Assembly: GCA_016205975.1 (NCBI GenBank)
Contig: JACQSK010000015.1
Coordinates: forward strand, 10,624-74,623
Direction of reading: 5' to 3'
DNA from: Candidatus Uhrbacteria bacterium
GTDB lineage: Bacteria > Patescibacteriota > Patescibacteriia > UBA9934 > GWF2-40-263
DNA length: 64,000 bases
The notes beneath the pieces are model-generated. The model saw only the letters and a list, made by a program, of their open reading frames with translations, did not search any database and had not been told where the DNA came from. The number at the start of each line of letters is the position of its first letter. Positions within the stretch are counted from its first letter, which is position 1. The position numbers and the translations under genes were made by a program. Below are positions 57,116-64,000 of the stretch, one piece after another.

Positions 57116-57888
57116 GCACCGTCCTCTCGCAGACCACCGGTATCGTTCTTTCCCACAGAGACCACCGGGAAGCGGACCGGTGGTATTCGGTTTTCACGCC
57201 TGACCGCGGTAAGGTGGAGTTCCTCGCGCGCGGGGGGCACAAGCCGCTGGCGAAGCTCACGCCGCACTTGGAGATGGTCGCGGTGGTTGAGCTCATGCTC
57301 GTGCACGGACGCGCGTATCAGATTGTAGCGGGCGTGGAGCGGCGGCGGGCGTTTGCTCGCATCTACGACGACTTGCAAAAACTGACGCTCGCGCAAAATG
57401 GGTTGCACCTGGTGGATATCGGCACGCGCGAGCAGGAGGCGGATCCGCACCTATTCGAGCTGCTCGTAAGCTGGCTTTCCTTTCTCAACGACCAAGCGTC
57501 CATGACGACCGAGCGTGCCGGGTTCCTGCTGGGCGCATTTGCCCTGAAGCTCATGGCGCTCATCGGGTACCGGCCGGAGCTTGCCCTGTGCCTTTCGTGC
57601 CGCGCGGTAATCGTGGAGGCGCAGTATCGCTGGCACGCGCTTAAGGGCGGCGTCGTGTGTCAGGCGTGTGTTGCGCGAGATCAGGAACAGTGGTTTGCCG
57701 CCAGAGCCATGGGGGACGGCACGCTTAAGCTCCTGCGGTTGGGGCTGGAGGAACCGTTCGTGGTCCACCTGCGGCCTCACCTGCTCGGAGTGGATCTCGC
57801 CGGTTTCCACGAGGCCCTGGAATCGCTGATGATCTCGCACTTTCCGACGATCCCCGCGTCGTCGTTGAGGGCGGCGTGCGCGGTGTGA
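57112..57888 (+). CDS. recO: DNA repair protein RecO
   Basis: OB-fold N-terminus and CLSC...CQAC zinc motif. Confidence 0.85.
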   Translation: MSTVLSQTTGIVLSHRDHREADRWYSVFTPDRGKVEFLARGGHKPLAKLTPHLEMVAVVELMLVHGRAYQIVAGVERRRAFARIYDDLQKLTLAQNGLHLVDIGTREQEADPHLFELLVSWLSFLNDQASMTTERAGFLLGAFALKLMALIGYRPELALCLSCRAVIVEAQYRWHALKGGVVCQACVARDQEQWFAARAMGDGTLKLLRLGLEEPFVVHLRPHLLGVDLAGFHEALESLMISHFPTIPASSLRAACAV

Positions 57889-57896
57889 TAGAGTTT

Positions 57897-57960
57897 CACG
57901 AACGGGCCTAAAGGCCCTAAGAATTTCATTCTCAATTCAAAGCCCCTTTAGGGGCGTTCA
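57897..57960. repeat. Intergenic palindromic element, copy B: GGGCCTAAAGGCCC ... CTCAATTCAAAG ... GCCCCTTTAGGGGC
   Basis: Same hairpin pair and core as the element at 21556-21624, with the stems swapped. Confidence 0.6.
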
Positions 57961-57969
57961 TCCAGACGT

Positions 57970-59352
57970 ATGCTGACAACCGTCTCTCATATCCACGAAC
58001 ACCTTGGCGAAACCGTCGAGCTTAAAGGCTGGTGCTACAACTTCCGTTCCAGCGGAAAGATTTTTTTCTTGCAGCTCCGCGACGGCACCGGCCGCGTGCA
58101 AGTGGTGTACTCGAAGGCAGAATTGCCATCAGGCCAATGGGACCTATTGGACGCATTGCGACTTGAGTCTTCTGTGGTAGTCACGGGTGTTGTGAAAACC
58201 GAGCCGCGCGCGCCGTCGGGGTTTGAACTCGCCGGTCTGTCGGTTCAGGTTGTTCATCTCGCCCACGAAGGCTACCCCATCGGCAAAAAAGAACACGGCC
58301 CCGAGTTCCTTCTGGACAACCGTCACCTGTGGCTGCGTGCCGAGAGTCAGTGGGCGGTGCAGCGCGTGCGTGATCGCATCATCACCTCTACGTACGAGTG
58401 GTTTCACGAAAACGGCTTTATCAAGTTCGACACGCCGATTCTGACACCGACGTCGTGCGAGGGGACGACGGAATTGTTTGAGATGGAGTATTTTTCGGAG
58501 GAGGACAAAGGGGGACAAAGGTCGGCAGAGGACGGCAAAGGGCGGTTGGGGAAAGGAGAACCAGGGGAAGATGCCGCATCAGCGGGAGGCAAGGCCTACC
58601 TCGCGCAGTCCGGCCAGCTGTACCTCGAGGCGGGCATCATGAGCCTTGGGCGGGCGTTTGATTTTGGTCCGGTGTTCCGCGCGGAGAAGTCCAAGACGCG
58701 TCGTCATCTCACCGAGTTTTGGATGATGGATGCCGAGGCCGCGTTCGTGGAGCACGAAGGGAATATGGCGATCCAGGAGGCGCTTATCTGCCGAATCGTC
58801 GAGGATGTTCTCAAGCACTGTGCCTATGAGTTGAAGGTACTCGAGCGCGATCTCGAACCGCTCAAAAAAGTCCAGGCGCCGTTCGTACACCTGACCCACG
58901 AGGAGGCGACCAAGAAACTTCGCGAGCTCGGGAGCGACATCGGCGAGCGCGCTGACTTGGGAGCCGACGACGAGACGCTGCTGACACAACACTATGACCG
59001 TCCGATCTTCATCGAGAAGTATCCGGCCGAGGTGAAGGCGTTCTACATGAAGCGTGATCCCGACGACGACACACGCGTGCTCAACAACGACCTCTTGGCG
59101 CCAGAAGGCTACGGTGAAATCATCGGCGGCTCACAGCGTGAGGACGATTATGAAACACTTCTGAAACGCATCCGCGACCACGGTCTTGACCCAGAACCCT
59201 TCGACTGGTACCTCGACCTGCGCCGCTATGGTTCGGTTCCACATTCCGGTTTCGGCTACGGCCTTGAGCGCATCGTCGCCTGGACCTGCGGCTTGCACCA
59301 TGTCCGCGAGACGATTCCGTTTCCGAGATTGGTCAATCGGATCCATCCGTAA
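57970..59352 (+). CDS. asnS: Asparaginyl-tRNA synthetase (with a ~30-aa Gly/Glu/Lys-rich insertion)
   Basis: Class IIb motifs: FRAE, GYGEIIGGSQRE, RYGSVPHSGFGYGLERIV. Confidence 0.9.
   Translation: MLTTVSHIHEHLGETVELKGWCYNFRSSGKIFFLQLRDGTGRVQVVYSKAELPSGQWDLLDALRLESSVVVTGVVKTEPRAPSGFELAGLSVQVVHLAHEGYPIGKKEHGPEFLLDNRHLWLRAESQWAVQRVRDRIITSTYEWFHENGFIKFDTPILTPTSCEGTTELFEMEYFSEEDKGGQRSAEDGKGRLGKGEPGEDAASAGGKAYLAQSGQLYLEAGIMSLGRAFDFGPVFRAEKSKTRRHLTEFWMMDAEAAFVEHEGNMAIQEALICRIVEDVLKHCAYELKVLERDLEPLKKVQAPFVHLTHEEATKKLRELGSDIGERADLGADDETLLTQHYDRPIFIEKYPAEVKAFYMKRDPDDDTRVLNNDLLAPEGYGEIIGGSQREDDYETLLKRIRDHGLDPEPFDWYLDLRRYGSVPHSGFGYGLERIVAWTCGLHHVRETIPFPRLVNRIHP
59298..59345 (+). repeat. attL-like direct repeat = native asnS 3' end
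   Basis: About 83% identical to 60729-60776. Core TCCGCGARACGATTCCGTTTCYGAGATTGGT. Confidence 0.65.
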
Positions 59353-59493
59353 ATAGGCAAAGACACAAAAAGAAAAGGGCTCCTTAGGTAGTTAACCGTT
59401 CGGATCCCTTTTCGTATTGATAAAACAATCTATCACAACAAAGCGTTTTCGTCTTGTTTTTCGAAAGACGTTCTTGTAAGATATCTCTGTGAT

Positions 59494-59661
59494 ATGCCAA
59501 TGAATCATCAAACTTCATCGTACGTTGTTCTCCCCCGTCAGCAGGATTCGCTCCGAGCTCCTTTTGTGAGTTTGCAAACGCTTCGCCGTGCGGTTTCAAA
59601 AGCTTGGAAAGGTGTCTCAGCGACTCAAGAGATTCGTCGACAGCGCAAACGCAGTACATAG
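59494..59661 (+). CDS. Small ORF (55 aa) immediately upstream of the PIN toxin; putative VapB-like antitoxin
   Basis: Positional only: stop TAG lies 5 nt before the vapC ATG. Basic C-terminus. Below the track's ORF length cutoff. Confidence 0.35.
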   Translation: MPMNHQTSSYVVLPRQQDSLRAPFVSLQTLRRAVSKAWKGVSATQEIRRQRKRST

Positions 59662-59666
59662 GTGAT

Positions 59667-60086
59667 ATGCAGTTGGTCATAGATAGTTCAGTTTTTGTTG
59701 CGGCGTTTCGTGAGCAGGAAAAAGATTCAGCTGTCTGTTTCCGTCTTCTGACTCAGTTGGAACAGGGAAAGCTGACAGCCATCATTCCTGTGAGTGTGTT
59801 ATTGGAAGTCGTTGCGGCGATCGCGCGTAGAACGTCTGACGTGGAATTAGCAAGACGGGTGGGCGCACGTCTTGTTTCTTTTTCTTCTTTAAGTTTCATT
59901 GACCTCAGTATTTTTCGAACGCTTCAGTATCTCGATCTTACGGCAGAGTTGAAGCTGGCTGGCATGGATGCCATTGTTGTGGGAACAGCAAAAGAGTTCA
60001 ATCTTCCCCTCGTGACACTCGACAAAGAAATTCAACGCCGAGCCTCAGGTACTGTTACATGCGTTTCCGTTCAAGATTTATTCTAA
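59667..60086 (+). CDS. vapC: PIN-domain ribonuclease toxin (VapC-like)
   Basis: N-terminal MQLVIDSSVFVAAF with conserved Asp, an acidic-residue pattern, and a C-terminal LPLVTLD motif. Confidence 0.75.
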   Translation: MQLVIDSSVFVAAFREQEKDSAVCFRLLTQLEQGKLTAIIPVSVLLEVVAAIARRTSDVELARRVGARLVSFSSLSFIDLSIFRTLQYLDLTAELKLAGMDAIVVGTAKEFNLPLVTLDKEIQRRASGTVTCVSVQDLF

Positions 60087-60124
60087 CTCCTTTAACTTGA
60101 GATGGAATCAAGAGTATCTTTTTT

Positions 60125-60715
60125 ATGAAACCATTCCAAACCCTTCTTTTCCTCATCGTGATCGTTCTCATCGGCGGCGTGGCCGTGCTCTATTGGGGTA
60201 CAACCGTTGAGGATGCGACCGTGCCTGTTGAGGTCGTTGAGGAGCCAAGGATTGAACCCAGAGCAGAGGAGAAAGAAAAAATATATGAAGATACGTTTCT
60301 ATCATTTGAGTACCCTCACAATGTAGAGCTTCTATTTGAAAAGCCTATGGGTGGTCGTTCGGATTCTCAGAGTATTAGTTTTCTCGTGTATGATGAAACT
60401 CAAAAAATCTACATTCCCACACATCTTAGATTAAGCTACATGGTATCGCTGGGCGAAAGCGAAGATTCGTCCTTCGAGACGATCGACGATTTATTGAAAA
60501 ACTACGAAGAGTATTCTTTAGAAACCAAAGAATACGCAGTAGATGGTAAGCGTGCGATTCAAATAGTCACTGGTGACATGTCAGGCGAAACTTTTTTTCT
60601 TGTTGTTCAGGCCGATGAACCTGGAGATGCCTATAGATTTAGTGGCTCATATCTGAATGAAACAGTTGATGAGATTTTGGGATTATTCATGGAAACAGCA
60701 AAGTTGAATCAATAA
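60125..60715 (+). CDS. Hypothetical membrane-anchored protein (196 aa), AT-rich gene
   Basis: N-terminal TM anchor and an acidic body. Low-GC codon usage unlike the core genes. Confidence 0.55.
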   Translation: MKPFQTLLFLIVIVLIGGVAVLYWGTTVEDATVPVEVVEEPRIEPRAEEKEKIYEDTFLSFEYPHNVELLFEKPMGGRSDSQSISFLVYDETQKIYIPTHLRLSYMVSLGESEDSSFETIDDLLKNYEEYSLETKEYAVDGKRAIQIVTGDMSGETFFLVVQADEPGDAYRFSGSYLNETVDEILGLFMETAKLNQ

Positions 60716-60728
60716 ATGAAGTGAAGTT

Positions 60729-60776
60729 TTGTGACTACATCATATCCGCGAAACGATTCCGTTTCTGAGATTGGTA
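60729..60776 (+). repeat. attR-like direct repeat = degenerate second copy of the asnS 3' end (would encode ..RETIPFLRLVNRI..)
   Basis: Aligned base by base to 59298-59345. Confidence 0.65.
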
Positions 60777-60812
60777 AACCGGATCAATTCATTGAAAGGG
60801 AAAAAGTGATCT

Positions 60813-61907
60813 ATGCAAAAAATAAACGTTGGGGTCATATTTGGTGGCAGGTCGGCAGAGCATGAAATTTCCTTGCTGTCGGCCTACAACATCATCGCTG
60901 CGATCCCAAAAAAGAAATATAACATCGTCCCGATCGGTGTGCGCAAGGACGGTTCGTATGTGTATTTTTCAAAAGGCGATTTTATCCTCCATTCTGGTGA
61001 TGCAAAAAAAGTTCGTCTAGCAGCTCGTGGTGTTCCTGTGACATTTGAGTTTGGTGAGGAAGGCCGCATTGTTTCACTGAAAGGAGGCGGTACGAAAAAA
61101 AAACTCGACGTTGTTTTTCCCGTTTTGCACGGAACGTATGGCGAAGATGGAACGATGCAGGGACTTCTGAGTCTCGCCAACATTCCGTTTGTTGGTTCAG
61201 GAGTTTTGGGCTCAGCCGTTGGCATGGATAAGGATGTTGCTAAACGGTTGTGGCGTGACGCAGGTTTGCCGATGGCTGACTTTATTGTTTTTCGAAAATC
61301 TGATCTGAGGAAGATTCAGTTTCGTTCGATTGTGCGCAAACTCGGTCTGCCATTTTTTATAAAGCCTGCCGTCGCAGGCTCGTCTGTCGGCGTTCATAAA
61401 GTGACGAGTGCGAAACAGTTTACAGCGGCTCTGCGCGATTCGTTCTCGTACAGTCACAAAGTATTGATTGAACGAATGATTGTCGGTAAAGAAATCGAGT
61501 GCTCTGTTTTAGGTAACGAGCACCCGATTGTCTCTCTTCCAGGTGCGGTGATTCCCACCCACGGTTTTTATTCTTACGAGGCAAAGTATCTTGATGAGGA
61601 TGGCGCGCATTTTGAAATTCCTGCTCCATTGCCAACGACTGTTGTAAAAAAAATTCATCGAATTGTGTTAGAGGCGTTTCAGGTTCTCGAGCTTGAAGGC
61701 ATGGCGCGTGTTGATGGATTTTTGACGCCTAAAGGTGTGTTCATCCTGAACGAAGTGAATACCATCCCAGGTTTTACCAAGATCAGTATGTATCCAAAAC
61801 TGTGGGAGGTGAGTGGTGTGAGTTATTCTGAGCTTATCGATCGACTTCTTCAGCTCGCAATTGCGCGTCATTACAGGGAACATGCCTTGAAAACCGTCCG
61901 ACAATGA
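60813..61907 (+). CDS. ddl: D-alanine--D-alanine ligase (compositionally atypical, ~47% GC)
   Basis: ATP-grasp ligase with the Ddl N-terminus (VGVIFGGRSAEHEISLLSA) and C-terminal motifs. Confidence 0.88.
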   Translation: MQKINVGVIFGGRSAEHEISLLSAYNIIAAIPKKKYNIVPIGVRKDGSYVYFSKGDFILHSGDAKKVRLAARGVPVTFEFGEEGRIVSLKGGGTKKKLDVVFPVLHGTYGEDGTMQGLLSLANIPFVGSGVLGSAVGMDKDVAKRLWRDAGLPMADFIVFRKSDLRKIQFRSIVRKLGLPFFIKPAVAGSSVGVHKVTSAKQFTAALRDSFSYSHKVLIERMIVGKEIECSVLGNEHPIVSLPGAVIPTHGFYSYEAKYLDEDGAHFEIPAPLPTTVVKKIHRIVLEAFQVLELEGMARVDGFLTPKGVFILNEVNTIPGFTKISMYPKLWEVSGVSYSELIDRLLQLAIARHYREHALKTVRQ

Positions 61908-63346
61908 TTTCCAGGTATGATAGACTAATGCTCACTATGACAAGAACATGGATCGATGAAACGACACAAAAAGTAGGCGAGACGGTGGTGCTCAAGGGCT
62001 GGGTGCATCGGCTGCGAAAAATGGGCGATAAGCTCGTATTTATTGACTTGCGCGATGGATCGGGCTTGGCGCAGGTGGTGTTTTATAAGCCAGATTTGGA
62101 CGAGGCAACGTGTACGGCTGTGGATGAATTAAAGCCCGAGTTCGTCATCGAGGTTGAAGGCGTTGTGAATGATCGAGGAGCCAAGCAGGTGAATCCTGAG
62201 ATGCTCACGGGGACGATTGAGATTGGCGCCAAGACGGTCAACATTTTGAATGCGGCGCTCACACCGCCGTTTCCGATCGATCAAGATTCCGCGAACGTCG
62301 CCGAGCACGTGCGCATGAAGTATCGGTACTTGGATTTACGCACGGAGCGCCTCCAGCATCATCTGCGCTTGCGCAGCCGGTGGGTGCAGGCGTGCCGAGA
62401 GTATTTGTTCCAGAATCGTTTCGTTGAAATCGAAACGCCGCTGCTCACCAAAGCCACGCCGGAAGGCTCGCGCGACTTTGTCGTGCCTTCGCGTCTGCAG
62501 CCGGGAAAATTTTTTGCGCTCCCGCAGAGCCCGCAGCAGTACAAGCAGCTCCTCATGTGCTCGGCCTTCGAGCGGTACTTCCAGACCGCGCGCGCCTTGC
62601 GCGATGAAGACCCGCGCGCCGACCGCGGGTTCGAGCACACGCAAGTGGACCTTGAGATGAGTTTTGTCGAGCGCGAGGACGTCATGCAGATGGTTGAGGG
62701 CATGGTGATCTCGGCTGCGGAGAAACTCGGTTTCACGATTCGCGAGAAGCCATTCCCGCGCATCAGCTACAAGGACGCGATGGCGAAGTACGGCGCGGAC
62801 AAGTTTGATATGCGTACGGATGAAGAGAAGGCGGCGGGAGTGTTGGCGTACGCTTGGGTAGTTGACTTTCCATTTTTTGAGCGCGATACGAAGAGCGGCC
62901 GATGGACGTTCACACACAACCCCTTCTCCAATCCTCTGCCGGAGTTCCGCGACGACCTCTTGGCCGGCCGCAACATCGAGAACATCTTGACCTCGCAGTA
63001 CGACCTGGTGTGCAACGGCTATGAGTCAGGCGGCGGCAGTATTCGCGCGCACGAGGCGGAAGTGCTGGAGGCGACGTATCGGGTTATGGGTTACAGCAAG
63101 GATGAGCTTACGGCGTCTGTCGGACACATGCTGGAGGCGTTCCGCTACGGTGCGCCACCGCATGGCGGGATCGCTCTGGGCGTGGAGCGCAACCTCATGA
63201 ACCTCACGGGCGAGTCCGCGCTGCGCGAAGTGGTCGCGTTCCCGATGACGGCCTCAGGCACGACATCGGTGATGGAGGCGCCAACGTCCCTGGACGTCGA
63301 AACGTTGCTGGAACTCTCGATTAAAACCACAGAGAAAAAAAGCTGA
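61904..63346 (+). CDS. aspS: Aspartyl-tRNA synthetase, bacterial-type but lacking the GAD insertion domain (480 aa)
   Basis: QSPQQYKQLLM motif 1, FRDED motif 2, GGGSIR, PPHGGIALGVERNLM motif 3. Alternative start at 61934. Confidence 0.9.
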   Translation: MISRYDRLMLTMTRTWIDETTQKVGETVVLKGWVHRLRKMGDKLVFIDLRDGSGLAQVVFYKPDLDEATCTAVDELKPEFVIEVEGVVNDRGAKQVNPEMLTGTIEIGAKTVNILNAALTPPFPIDQDSANVAEHVRMKYRYLDLRTERLQHHLRLRSRWVQACREYLFQNRFVEIETPLLTKATPEGSRDFVVPSRLQPGKFFALPQSPQQYKQLLMCSAFERYFQTARALRDEDPRADRGFEHTQVDLEMSFVEREDVMQMVEGMVISAAEKLGFTIREKPFPRISYKDAMAKYGADKFDMRTDEEKAAGVLAYAWVVDFPFFERDTKSGRWTFTHNPFSNPLPEFRDDLLAGRNIENILTSQYDLVCNGYESGGGSIRAHEAEVLEATYRVMGYSKDELTASVGHMLEAFRYGAPPHGGIALGVERNLMNLTGESALREVVAFPMTASGTTSVMEAPTSLDVETLLELSIKTTEKKS

Positions 63347-63351
63347 CGCGT

Positions 63352-64000
63352 ATGTCTTTTGAGGTGAGGCTTGAGACGTTCGATGGGCCGCTGCACGTGC
63401 TGTTGGAATTGATCCAAACGTCCAAGCTCCCCATCACCGAAGTCTCGCTTTCGAAAGTTACGGACGACTACTTGCGTTACATCGACGCGCATGATGTGCC
63501 CGCTTCCGAGCTTGCGGACTTTCTCGTGATCGCCACGCGTCTCTTGCTCATCAAGTCTCAAGCGATTCTTCCCGGCCCCCTGGACGACGAACAGGAAGAC
63601 GCCACCACGCTCGCGCTCCAGCTGCGTCTGTACCAAGAGTTCGTGGAGGCGTCCAAACATTTGGAGACGCTGTTCGATCGCGCGCAGCGATCGTTTGAAC
63701 GAGCGCGCTGTGACGTGGTGAAACCCTCTCACATGGAGATTCCCCCAGGCGTGCATGCGGCCGCCTTGCGCGAGGCGTTCGCCGGACTTCTGCGCAGACT
63801 CGAACCGTTTTTCCGTTTGCAGGAAGCGGCGATCGAGCGCGTGGTCTCCGTGCAGGAGCGTCTGCGGGAGATCCATGAGGCCATTTTGAGCAAAGCGAAA
63901 CTGACCTTTGCGCACTTCGCCGGCCACGGCCGTTCGCGCGTGGATGTGGTGGTCAGTTTTCTGGCGCTGTTGGAACTCGTGAAACAGCGAGTCGTGCGCG
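63352..64000 (+). CDS. scpA: Segregation and condensation protein A; 3' end beyond the window
   Basis: N-terminal FDGPLHVLLELIQTSKLPI ScpA signature. Open frame to the window end, so not in the ORF track. Confidence 0.75.
   Translation, partial: MSFEVRLETFDGPLHVLLELIQTSKLPITEVSLSKVTDDYLRYIDAHDVPASELADFLVIATRLLLIKSQAILPGPLDDEQEDATTLALQLRLYQEFVEASKHLETLFDRAQRSFERARCDVVKPSHMEIPPGVHAAALREAFAGLLRRLEPFFRLQEAAIERVVSVQERLREIHEAILSKAKLTFAHFAGHGRSRVDVVVSFLALLELVKQRVVR

Noticed and set aside
1-64000. CRISPR arrays, rRNA genes, integrase/transposase genes
   Set aside because: No regularly spaced direct repeats, no rRNA-like sequence, and no recombinase-like ORF were found. The mobile signatures here are only att-like repeats and compositional islands.

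Overview
High-GC (~60%) bacterial window on a largely co-directional + strand. Several features are consistent with a small-genome CPR/Patescibacteria-like organism; this placement is inference, not a database result. Those features are: no L30 gene (rpsE overlaps rplO), the S10/spc ribosomal block ends at secY-adk-map with no infA/rpmJ/rpsM-rpsK-rpsD-rpoA-rplQ after it, AspRS lacks the GAD insertion, and LeuRS is short. Core genes in order: infB (3' end), trxA, trxB, an MFS transporter, gdh, leuS, a disrupted cca, a NUDIX hydrolase, an atypical tRNA-like gene, ugd, comEC split into two ORFs, ndk, a ~0.9 kb non-coding stretch with candidate structured RNAs and two intrinsic terminators, nadE (-), murA, an M50 protease and msrB. 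Then comes the str operon rpsL-rpsG-fusA, which is interrupted before tuf by a ~6.9 kb accessory insert. The insert carries an APH-like kinase, two RelE-family TA cassettes, a MEMO1-CapA fusion protein gene, a 630-aa exported-protein gene and a Phd-like orphan. After tuf the run is rpsJ through rplO, secY, adk, map and ruvX. The right-hand part is patchy and partly low-GC: fic-mazG-like-DUF2075 remnant, recQ, a HigBA-like pair, membrane proteins (VKOR/DoxX), recO, asnS, a 1.4 kb low-GC islet flanked by a duplicated asnS 3' end and carrying a PIN toxin, a low-GC ddl, aspS and the scpA 5' end. There are five TA modules in 64 kb, including three paralogous RelE/YafQ-like toxins with three different antitoxin types. 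No rRNA, CRISPR array or integrase/transposase gene was seen.
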